Shown piece by piece: positions 1 through 9,566 of a DNA stretch of 64,000 nucleotides. The stretch is from an uncultured delta proteobacterium. GTDB taxonomy: Bacteria > Desulfobacterota > Desulfobacteria > Desulfobacterales > Desulfosalsimonadaceae. The position numbers were made by a program, and so were the translations under genes. Under the pieces are notes generated by a model that saw nothing but the letters and a program-made list of their open reading frames with translations, was not told where the DNA came from and ran no database searches. The stretch lies in the NCBI GenBank assembly GCA_963826785.1, contig CAWGYD010000006.1, forward strand, positions 1,024,001 to 1,088,000, read 5' to 3'. How positions within the stretch are numbered: position 1 is the first letter of the stretch; each line of letters begins with the position of its first letter.

Positions 1-302
1 TATCCTGGCAAATGGCGGCCGATTTTGCCAATGTGTTCCAGAAGTTCATTCACCCCAGGCAGCATTACTGCTTCGGAGAAGATGAGGGCATCTATGACGA
101 AATCCGGAAACTGGGATATAAGCACATGGGCGAGTCCATGGCCATGGTGTTTCCCAAAGACATCATTTTCATCGACCGCGCGTTCAGCGGCCATTTCGGA
201 AATCTAAACCGTTTAAACGCCTGCGCCAACTGGCGCAAAATCCTGCTGGATCATCTTTCCAGCGCCTTTCCGGGGGAGGAGATCCTGCGGGAACCCCTGT
301 GA
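1..302 (+). CDS. C-terminal part of probable ABC1/AarF/UbiB-family kinase (5'-truncated by window edge)
   Basis: Open frame from the edge; FPKDIIFIDRAFSGHFGNLNRLNACANWR resembles the C-terminal segment of ABC1/COQ8-type kinases; catalytic motifs lie outside the window. Confidence 0.55.
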   Translation, partial: SWQMAADFANVFQKFIHPRQHYCFGEDEGIYDEIRKLGYKHMGESMAMVFPKDIIFIDRAFSGHFGNLNRLNACANWRKILLDHLSSAFPGEEILREPL

Positions 303-334
303 TTCATCCGGAAATTTCTTCGTCCTGATACATC

Positions 335-377
335 AATGGGCGCAGCAGGAATCCCCGCTGCGCCCATTTCATTTTTA
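335..377. terminator. Intrinsic terminator-like hairpin between convergent genes
   Basis: 12-bp perfect stem AATGGGCGCAGC / GCTGCGCCCATT followed by TCATTTTT. Confidence 0.7.
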
Positions 378-416
378 CAGTTCCAAAATCTTCCGGCTTT
401 CGTCCCGAAAAACAGC

Positions 417-1034
417 TCATCGGACAGTAAACGTGGTGGTTCGCGTCGCGTTTGCGGTATCCCCCTTGATGTCATAGGTCACCGTGTATTCCCCCGGGGC
501 TGCCGTGGAGGGGAGTTTGATGGGAATCGTTGACGTATAGGTTCCGCCTGTATGCTGAACCGACACTTCCGGATTGGCGACGATCTGGTTATTGTGTTCG
601 ACCTTTCGCAGTTCCGTGATGGGCACGGACTGGTCCGCTATGGGCGTCAACAGGGCATAGGTGACCTTCAGATCAACGGTATTTCCGGGGCTGATCTGCT
701 GAGGGGTGGCGGAAACATTTTCAATGGACAGCTGGGTTCCGCTGGCCGGCTCATAATCATAATTTGAAATGGTCTGTTCCCGGTTTCTGCGCTGGTCATA
801 GGCGTAATTGCCGATAGCGCCTCCCACCAGCGCCCCCAGAAGCGCACCCACCACCGGATGATTGCCGATGGCCTCACCGGCGGCCGCGCCGGTGGCCGCA
901 CCGACGCCGGCACCGACCGCAGCTCCCCTATGCTCTTCGGGAATATATTGACACCCGGTCAACGCGAAAATGAACAATACGGTCAATGCCACTGCGATGA
1001 TGTTTTTTCTTCTGCTTATCCTTCTGCTTATCAT
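417..1034 (-). CDS. Glycine-zipper lipoprotein with C-terminal beta-rich (Ig-like) domain
   Basis: Signal peptide with lipobox LTGC; GAAVGAGVGAATGAAAG...GALLGALVGGAIG glycine zipper. Confidence 0.8.
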   Translation of the reverse strand: MISRRISRRKNIIAVALTVLFIFALTGCQYIPEEHRGAAVGAGVGAATGAAAGEAIGNHPVVGALLGALVGGAIGNYAYDQRRNREQTISNYDYEPASGTQLSIENVSATPQQISPGNTVDLKVTYALLTPIADQSVPITELRKVEHNNQIVANPEVSVQHTGGTYTSTIPIKLPSTAAPGEYTVTYDIKGDTANATRTTTFTVR

Positions 1035-1453
1035 GGGCTCTTCCTTCCGTTTGAAGTTGACGGAAACTTCCGTGCTGAAAATTTTAATACCCGGATCACC
1101 TCGGGAAAACGATGCTGCCGAAGGTATTCTCCTGATGAGTCAAAATAGAATGGGAAGCGCGACAAGGAAATGAGGTCTATTCTGTATTATCTGTTTCATG
1201 TGCCCGTATTTTATTGATGCAGAGGATATACGGATGGACTCGCCTGAACGATTTTACAACATCAGGGGTTAAAATCGCGACTATCGAATCCGAATTTCAT
1301 TGATTTTTAATTTCAAACTAGCATAACATCGCTGATTTCATATTTCGGAGAATTTGGCTGAAATTTGCCGATTCAGGTATTTTTTATCCGAAAACTTATG
1401 TGCGGGTGAATTGCGGATCGAAATATCACATCTTCAATGATGAGGTGCTTCCC

Positions 1454-2026
1454 ATGAATTCAATCAAAGTCAAGGACATCATGGTCCCGCTGGCGGATTA
1501 TGCCGCGGTCTCCCAGGATGCGGACCTCTACCAGGCCCTGTGTGCGCTGAAAGAAGCGCATGTGAAGTTTCGCCAAAGCCCCTACCTGCATCGGGCCGTG
1601 CTGGTTTTTGATGACAAAAAGCGGGTCGTGGGCAAACTGGGGATGCTGGATGTGATCCTGGGTCTGGAACCCGGGTACAAGGATGTCGACCTGGAGAAAT
1701 TTGCAAGCCTCGGGTATGGGGAGCACTTCACCAGATCCGCCTTGGAGAAATACCGCCTTTGGCAGAAACCATTAGACGATCTCTGCCATAAGGCCTCCCG
1801 TATCCGGGTGAAAAATATCATGAACGCCCCTTCCAAAGGTGAATTCGTGGGTCAGGACGCAGGCCTGGACGAGGCCATGCACCAGTTTGTCATCGGCCGT
1901 CATCAGTCTCTGCTGGTGATGGATCATCATAAGGAGATCGTGGGGATTCTGCGACTGACCGACGTGTTCAATGAGATCTGCAGCGCCATGGAGGCGTGCC
2001 GCCGCGATACGGATGAACAGAGCTGA
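1454..2026 (+). CDS. CBS-domain pair protein
   Basis: KVKDIMVP...VVGKLGMLDV and RVKNIMNAP...IVGILRLTDVF CBS repeats; GAGG RBS upstream of ATG 1454. Confidence 0.85.
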   Translation: MNSIKVKDIMVPLADYAAVSQDADLYQALCALKEAHVKFRQSPYLHRAVLVFDDKKRVVGKLGMLDVILGLEPGYKDVDLEKFASLGYGEHFTRSALEKYRLWQKPLDDLCHKASRIRVKNIMNAPSKGEFVGQDAGLDEAMHQFVIGRHQSLLVMDHHKEIVGILRLTDVFNEICSAMEACRRDTDEQS

Positions 2027-2088
2027 ACATACGAGTTTTTGAATATTTTTAGTTTTGTTACCAAGTTGTTACATCAAGGGAGATCGGA

Positions 2089-3570
2089 ATGGAAGCAAAC
2101 AGCAACGGCACACCGCAGGCCATCAACTGGAGTCGCCTCATCTTCATGTCAATCGGGGTTCTGCTATTTGCAGTGGTCTATTACTCGCCTTCATGGCCGG
2201 ATGCGGTGGACCCCCTGGGGGCGCATTTCGCCTTGAGCCGCGAAGGAAAGGGCGCACTGGCCCTGTTCCTGTGGGCGGGCACCTGGTGGGTGTTCGAGGT
2301 GGTCCCCATCGGCATCACCAGCCTGGTGATCGGCGCCATGCAGGCCCTGTTCCTGATCCGGCCGGCCAAGGAAGCGTTCAAGGATTTCATGGACCCGTCG
2401 GTCATGTTTATCTTTGCATCGGTGGTCATCGGGATGGTGTTCACCAAAACCGGCCTGACCCGGCGCCTGGCCTATAAAATGCTCTCCATCGTGGGGGAAA
2501 AGACCAGCCGCATCTACCTGGGATGCTTCGTGGTGACCGCCGCACTCACCCACCTGATGGCCCACACGGCCGTGGCCGCCACCATTTTTCCGCTGCTGGT
2601 CTCCATTTACGCGCTTTACAGCGAGGATGACGAGCCCTCCAACTTCGGTAAGGGGCTTTTTATGGGCATGGCCTACGTGGCCGGTGCCGGCAGCATCATC
2701 ACCCTGCTGGGCGCGGCCCGGGGGGCGGTGGCCATCGGGTTCTTCAACCAGATCGTGGGGAGAAACGTCTCCTTTTTCGAGCTGTCCTATTTCATGGCGC
2801 CGGTGGGCTGGCTGATGGTGTTCATCCTGTGGGGCTATTTCCTGCTGGTCCTGCCGCCGGAAAAAAAGGTCATCCCGGGACTGCGGGAGCGGGCAAAGCG
2901 CCTGTCCGCGGAACTGGGCGGCTTCACCCGGGGGGAGGTCATCGCCATGGTCATCGTGTTTTCGGTCATCCTGATCATGAGCCTGCGATCGTTTGTCCCC
3001 GCCCTGGCGCCGTTTGACAAAACCGCCATCATCCTGGTCTCCACCATCCTGTTTTATGTGTTCGGCATTTTAGACATCCAGGACCTGGAGGAGATCCCCT
3101 GGAACATCATCCTCCTGTTCGGCGGGGCCATGAGCATCGGCTTCTGCCTGTGGGAAACCGGCGCCGCCAAATGGATGGCCATCAACTGGCTGACCCTGTT
3201 TCAGAAAGCCCACTGGTTCATCTTCGTCATGAGCATCTCCTTTTTCGTGCTGATGATGACCAACTTCATCATGAATGTGGCGGCCATCGCCATATCGCTC
3301 CCCGTGGCGCTGGTGATCGCGCCTTACCTGGGGGTATCGCCGGAGGTCATTTTCTATGCCTCCCTGGTGGTGGCCGGCATGCCCTTTCTGCTGCTGGTGG
3401 GCGCGGCGCCCAACGCCATCGCCTATACCTCCAGGCAGTTTACCCCCGGGGAATTTTTCAAGTATGGCCTTCCCGCCAGCCTCATCCTGCTGGTGGTGCT
3501 GGGATTTACCATTCTGGTGATCTGGCCGATGATGGGCATGCCCATAACCATCGCACCGACCATCGGGTGA
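2089..3570 (+). CDS. DASS/SLC13 family anion (sulfate/dicarboxylate):cation symporter
   Basis: Multi-TM 493 aa; EVVPIGITSL, MAHTAVAA, IPWNIILLFGGAMSIG, PNAIAY motifs. Confidence 0.9.
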   Translation: MEANSNGTPQAINWSRLIFMSIGVLLFAVVYYSPSWPDAVDPLGAHFALSREGKGALALFLWAGTWWVFEVVPIGITSLVIGAMQALFLIRPAKEAFKDFMDPSVMFIFASVVIGMVFTKTGLTRRLAYKMLSIVGEKTSRIYLGCFVVTAALTHLMAHTAVAATIFPLLVSIYALYSEDDEPSNFGKGLFMGMAYVAGAGSIITLLGAARGAVAIGFFNQIVGRNVSFFELSYFMAPVGWLMVFILWGYFLLVLPPEKKVIPGLRERAKRLSAELGGFTRGEVIAMVIVFSVILIMSLRSFVPALAPFDKTAIILVSTILFYVFGILDIQDLEEIPWNIILLFGGAMSIGFCLWETGAAKWMAINWLTLFQKAHWFIFVMSISFFVLMMTNFIMNVAAIAISLPVALVIAPYLGVSPEVIFYASLVVAGMPFLLLVGAAPNAIAYTSRQFTPGEFFKYGLPASLILLVVLGFTILVIWPMMGMPITIAPTIG

Positions 3571-3703
3571 AAAAGAGAGTTGGACGGATATTAATGTATG
3601 TGAATGCGGCCGGAAGCCGGACATATTGGAATTTTCGACAGGAAAACCGCCGGGTCGGCGGCAATGCGGTCTGATACATATAAAATAGAGAGGAGGCCCT
3701 CCC

Positions 3704-4135
3704 ATGGTCACCACGGTCCTGTTGGTCGATGATGAAGCACCATTTGTCGAAACCCTGAGCAAGCGGCTGGCCAAGCGTGAACTTAAAGTCCTGACCGCCC
3801 TGGGCGGAAAGCAGGCGCTGGACGCGCTGGACGCGAACAAAAAGGTGGATGTCGTTATCCTGGACGTGAAAATGCCCGAGATGGATGGAATTGAAGCTTT
3901 GAAGGAAATCAAGAAACGCCATCCCCTGGTGGAGGTGATCATGCTCACCGGCCATGCCACCGTGGAATCGGCCATCGAAGGGATGCGGCTGGGGGCGTAC
4001 GACTACCTGATGAAGCCCTGCGAGATGGATGTGCTCATCGGAAAAATCAACGCGGCCAAAAGCAAGAAAAGGACCCATGAAGAAAAAATCATGGAAGCAG
4101 AGGCTTTCAAGATTTCCATGCGCCGGGGCGATTGA
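3704..4135 (+). CDS. Stand-alone response regulator receiver protein
   Basis: LLVDDE, VILDVKMPEMDG, MLTGHA, YLMKP; AGGAGG RBS. Confidence 0.92.
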   Translation: MVTTVLLVDDEAPFVETLSKRLAKRELKVLTALGGKQALDALDANKKVDVVILDVKMPEMDGIEALKEIKKRHPLVEVIMLTGHATVESAIEGMRLGAYDYLMKPCEMDVLIGKINAAKSKKRTHEEKIMEAEAFKISMRRGD

Positions 4136-4179
4136 TCTCAATTATTGATCTGATCTTTTGCGCCGGAAAATCCGATAAT

Positions 4180-4626
4180 CTATCTGCCCTTCCTGAACAC
4201 CGCGTGAGGCGATGAGATCAGTTCCTTCATCTTCGCCTCGGTAATCTTTTCCTCGTGTCTTTTTTTCCGTACATAGGCCTCGTTGATCTTGGCGATGAGT
4301 TCATCCGTCTCACACGGTTTGATCAGGTAATCCATCGCCCCAAGCTTCATCCCTTCGATGGCCGATTCCACGGTGGCCTGCCCGCTGAGCATCACCACTT
4401 CGGTCAGGGGTTTGATCTTTTTGATTTCCCGAAGCGCTTCGATGCCGCTCATGCCGGGCATGGCCACATCCAGGATCACCACGTCGATATGGGAATGACT
4501 GATCTTTTCCACCGCATCATGGCCGTTGAAGCAGACGTGGACATCATAGTCCCGGATGGACAGCCGCTCCCCCAGGGTCTGGGCAAAACTTTGTTCGTCG
4601 TCGACGATCAGGATTTTCGGTATCAT
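4180..4626 (-). CDS. Stand-alone response regulator receiver protein (paralog of 3704-4135)
   Basis: LIVDDE, VILDVAMPGMSG, MLSGQA, YLIKP. Confidence 0.92.
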   Translation of the reverse strand: MIPKILIVDDEQSFAQTLGERLSIRDYDVHVCFNGHDAVEKISHSHIDVVILDVAMPGMSGIEALREIKKIKPLTEVVMLSGQATVESAIEGMKLGAMDYLIKPCETDELIAKINEAYVRKKRHEEKITEAKMKELISSPHAVFRKGR

Positions 4627-4898
4627 GGCAAAAATTCCCTTTTTTGACGTTTATGACCGCCATTCTTCCGTTCTCATTCAAATATAAGTGTTTTCTTCGG
4701 GAAAACCAGTGGTTGCCCGCAGGCATAGCTTCTTCATGCGTCAGGCCCGATCCTTCACCCGGGGCTTGATAATTCTTGGCAGATATCATACCCATAGATT
4801 CCTTGATCCGTTGTTGAATGGATCGGCCGGCACGGCGCTGTCAGGATGATAACAGATTGTGCCGATCATGTTGTTTTAATTGGAATGTATTTTCCCTG

Positions 4899-7800
4899 AT
4901 GGGACGTTTCATCATAAAATTTCTTGCTGCTTTCGCCCTTTTTCTGTCAGCGTTGATCCTCCTGGCGGTGATCGGGGTCCATGTTTACCTGAAAACCGAT
5001 CAGGCAGGGCGATGGATCAAAGAGAAGGTCAACGCGTCCATTCCCGGGCATATCGAATGGGATCAGGTCGATATCTCCCTGCTGAAGGGAAAACTGGATG
5101 TAAAAGATGCCATGATCGAGGATCCGGAGGGCCAACCGGTCATTGCCGCACAGCGGCTTTTTATCGATATTAGTCTTCTGGGGATGTTCGGCGGAAATCT
5201 CACCATTGAATCCGCGCAGCTGGCGCATCCCCGGGTGCTGCTGGAAACCGACCGGGAGGGGCGGCTCAATCTGGCCCGGGCCTTTTCGGCGCCCGGCCGC
5301 AAAACCCCTGCGCCGGAAACCCGGTCCGAATTTCCATTCAACATCTTCGTTGACGATCTTGAGATCACCGACGGGACCTTCAAATACCAGGCCGAGCCCA
5401 ATGCTTCCGGCCAGGCACCGCAGTTTGTCGTTCTGGAGCAGATTGATCTGCGCATCGGGCATGCCGATCTGGCGGGCCGGACCGGCCGGATCGATGCGGC
5501 CGTCAAGGCCGGTGCTTTTAAGATGGCCGGTATGGAAACCCGCCTGGAGCAGTTTGAATTTAAAACCGAACTGGACCGGGGCCGCCTGGAGCCGATTTTG
5601 CTCAATATCCGCACCACCGGACCCAACCTTAAACTCACCGGCTCGGTGTCCAGCGTATTTGATCAGCCCTTCCTGAATGTCGATCTCGATCTTGCCGCCG
5701 ATCTGGACCTGGTTCAAAAACTTTTTGCCCCCAGCACCCGTTTGCCGGTCCCATCCGGGTCAGGCTTGCCCTGTCGGGTGATCCGAACAATCCAAAAGCG
5801 CAACTGGATGCCGATTACGGCGGCGGCAGCCTGGCGGGCGTTTTGCTTGCCGGCGCGAAGTTAAACGCCCGCATGGAGGACCGTGCACTTCAAATCGACA
5901 GCCTGGATGTGGACACCGGCCGGGGGGATGTGCGCGCCGCCGGCCGCATCGACCTGAAATCGGCCTTTTCCCGGGGGCTGCTGGGCGGGTCAGTGGACGT
6001 GGAAAAGATCGCCTATGATCTTGATTTGAACAGCGTTTCTCTATCTCTGGAAAGCATCCCCTGGATCGCCGGTATCCTTTCCGGGCAGATCAGCGGCACA
6101 TTGAAGTTTACCGGCACCGGTGTTTCTCCGGGCACCTTGTCCGCCCAAGCCGCAGCGGATCTGGCCTCCCCGGATTTTGCCATCAGCGGCGCGCTTTCGC
6201 CCACCGGCGTGGGGCTATCCGGCAGTGCCCGCATGGCCGGCGGCACCATTACCGCCGCCCCCCTGATAATCGCCGTCAGCGGATCTTCCGCATCCATCGA
6301 TGGTGATTATCACCTCTTCGGCAATGCGCTGGATGCGGGTCTGATCATTGACAGCCCCAACCTGGCCCAGATCCTGGAACCCTTTGGCGTGAAAGCCGCC
6401 TCCGGGCCCTCGAAACTGACCGGCAAGGTCAAAGGGCCGGTGATGAACCTGGCCGCAGACGCCGAAGTGGAATCGAAAAATCTGTCCTACCGGAACTGGA
6501 GTGCCGGCGACACCCGGGCTGCGCTTAGACTGCTGCCCTCGGGCAGTCTGGTGATCGAGCGGCTCAGCATCGAAAATCACGGGTCGCGCCTGGATGCTGC
6601 CGGCACTATTCACCTGTTTGACCACAGTTTTGCCCGTTTCAATGGCGACCTGCCCGCCGACCTGACGGTCGAGGCGTTGCAGCTTGACCCCGGTGATTTC
6701 ATCTCCGGCTTAAACACCCAGGGAAATGTCAGCGGAGAACTGCGGGTGACCCGGAGCCTGACGGCTCCGGATGCAAAAATCTCCCTTACCGGCAAAGACC
6801 TGGGATACCATGGCGCCCGGATCGGCGAGGTGACGGCAAGGGCCGCCCTTTCAGGCGGAAAGGTCCGCCTGGAGCGCATCGATATTCAAAACAAGCAGTC
6901 CCGGCTGAGCCTGTCCGGCGCCGTGGATCTTTTTGAACCCGGCACGCTTACCCTCAAAGGGTCGCCGTCCACGGACCTTGAACTAAACGGCAGCACCATT
7001 GAAATCGGCAATTTTACGGATGCGGCCGCAGGAAGCCTTTCCCTGGAAGGCCGCTTTACGGGATCACCCGGCACGCTTTCGGGCAAACTGGAGTTGTCCG
7101 GTGAAAATATTTTCGCCGCCGGGCACCCGATGGGAAATCTTACCGGCAGCATCCGGCTTCAAGATGGTACGCTCCTGTTTGCTCCCGTCATGCTTAAAAA
7201 CAAAGATTCGGATATCACACTTTCCGGCAGCGTGGCCCTGCTGGCGCCCGGGACGCTGGGCCTGAAGGAAAATCCCGGGCTGGACCTGTCCTTGTCGGCA
7301 AAATCAATCCAACTGGGCGATTTTGATGATGCACTTTCCGGCCGGATCGTAATCGACGCAAAGATCAGTGGAACCGGGTCCGGCCTGAAGGGATATCTCA
7401 ATGTGGCCGGGCAGGATATCGATACCGGCGTGCAGCGGTTTAATCGCATCCAGGTGGGCAGCCGCCTGGAGGGGCGAAAGATTTACCTGGAACCGGCGAT
7501 GCTCGAGCTGGCGCCGGGTAACCAGGTGCAGGCCCGGGGATGGATTTCACTGGACCGGGAGTATGATTTTCGCATCACCTCCGATCCCATCGGAGCGGAC
7601 AAAATCGCCGTGCTTGAAAAAGCCGGCCTTTCCGGCGGCACGCTGAAGCTGGAGATAACCGGAAACGGCAGCCTCGAAAACCCCGCCGGTTCCGGATCGC
7701 TTCAACTCAATGCCCCGGTCATGGCCGGGCGGTCCGTCCCGGATGTTCATCTGACGGCAGCGCTTAAAAATCAGGTACTCGACCTTAATGCGGATGCGGG

Positions 7801-9494
7801 GTTCAATCTGAGTGCCCGATACCATCTGGATTCGCAACAATTTAAAGCCAGCGCGGGCTTTACCGGAACCGACCTTTCGCCTTATTTCGGGCTGGCGGGT
7901 CTGGCCGATCTGGACGGCCGGCTCACCGGCAAGATGGAGGTTTCCGGGCAGGCTTTTTCCCTGAGACAGTCCACGGCCCACCTGTCCATCGCTGACCTGA
8001 TGATCCGAGACGGTCAAACCGAACTGATTCAGGCGAGAGATTTTGTCGTTGATTTGGAAAACGGCCAATATCATATTCCAAAAGAGCGCATTGCCCTGCT
8101 GGGAGAAGGATTTCTGGCCATCAGCGGCAGCGGCAGTCTGTCCGGTAATCTTGATTTTGCCGCTGACGGGGCCATCCCCGTGAGGGTGGCCACCGCTTTT
8201 TTCCCGGATATCGAAAATCCCTCCGGCCGTATCGATCTGTCGGCCGCGCTGTCCGGTACGGTGGATGACCCCCGGTTTTACGTCCGGACCACCTTGAACG
8301 ATATCGGCATGACCCTGCCGGTGTTGATGCAGCGGCTCCACCAGGTCAACGGCAGGATAGACATCGATGATGGATCCATCCGATTCGACCAGGTGACCGG
8401 CAAACTCGACACCGGGGAACTCGACATCAACGGTGCCATCTTTTTAAAAAATCTCCAGCCGGTCAATGCCGACGTGCGCATCGATGCCCGGGCGCTGCCT
8501 TTGGAGATTCCCGGGACGCTGGAACTGCAGACCAGCGCCGGAATCACCCTGAAGGGATCGGCGGCAGACGCGGTGATCGGAGGGTAAAATAACGGTTCTG
8601 GAAGGAACTTATTACCGGGATGTCAACCTGAGCCTGATTGGCGCCTTAAGCGAAATCGGACAGCGGCAGCGTCAGGTGCAGCCTCGGCAGGAAACGGTTT
8701 TCATTGATGCCCCATTTGTCCGCAACCTCAAACTGGATGTGGCCATCGGGTACCGCAGCCCATTGGTGGTGGACAATAACCTGGCGCTGCTGAACTTAAA
8801 ACCCGAACTGCGACTGGGTGGCACCCTGGCCCGGCCGTTGATCAACGGGCGGGCGGAGGTTTCCCAGGGAACAATCACCTATCGCGATACGGAATTTACC
8901 GTAAAAAAAGGGGTGGTCGATTTCGTGAATCCTTACCGGATCGAACCCAGCCTCGATATCCGGGCGGTATCCGTGATCCGTGAATACAACATTCTTTTGA
9001 CCATATCGGGAACGCCGGCCAATCTCGATTTCAAACTCAGTTCCGACCCTTTTCTGGAGGATGCCGACATCCTGTCGCTTCTGCTGCTGGGAAAAACCAC
9101 TGCCGAATTCGGCCAGGGGGGCTCAGCGGGCCGTTCCCCCGAGGAAATGCTGGCCAACCTGGTGGCCGGCCGCCTGGCCAGGGACATCGAAAAGACAACG
9201 GGGCTGGAAGTAGCGGTGGAATACGGGGGGGCGGCAGAGACACAGAGCCCCATCGGGACCAACGGGGAGAATACCGGCAGCGGCGCGGCCAGCGGAGAAA
9301 ACGTCAAGGTATCCGTGGGAAAGGAACTGTCCAGGCGTCTGGCGGTCAAATACGGGGTGGAGCGAAAAAGCGGAGAGGTGGTCCAGGAGCGCACCGCCAT
9401 CTACAAACTTCTGGAGAACCTTTCCGTCAACGCATTCCAGGATACCGAAGGGACCTTCGGGGGGGAACTCAACTTCCGGCTGGAATTCCGATGA
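4899..9494 (+). CDS. tamB: Translocation/assembly module TamB (AsmA-like), interrupted by two apparent frameshifts (~5730, ~8580)
   Basis: N-terminal TM anchor, Gly-rich repetitive beta segments, TamB-like C-terminus ending GELNFRLEFR; ORFs 4818-5864, 5843-8587 and 8676-9494 join when one C is added at ~5730 and one G removed at ~8580. Confidence 0.85.
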
Positions 9495-9566
9495 TTTGCA
9501 GCGGTAAGGCCCCCAGCTGAATTGCAGGCAGGTAAAAACTATGGGATTGAGACGAAGGGGTAACCA

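Noticed and set aside
4899..9494. Three separate genes or programmed frameshifting in tamB
   Set aside because: Single-base fixes give one continuous TamB; no slippery heptamer seen; similar indels occur throughout the window
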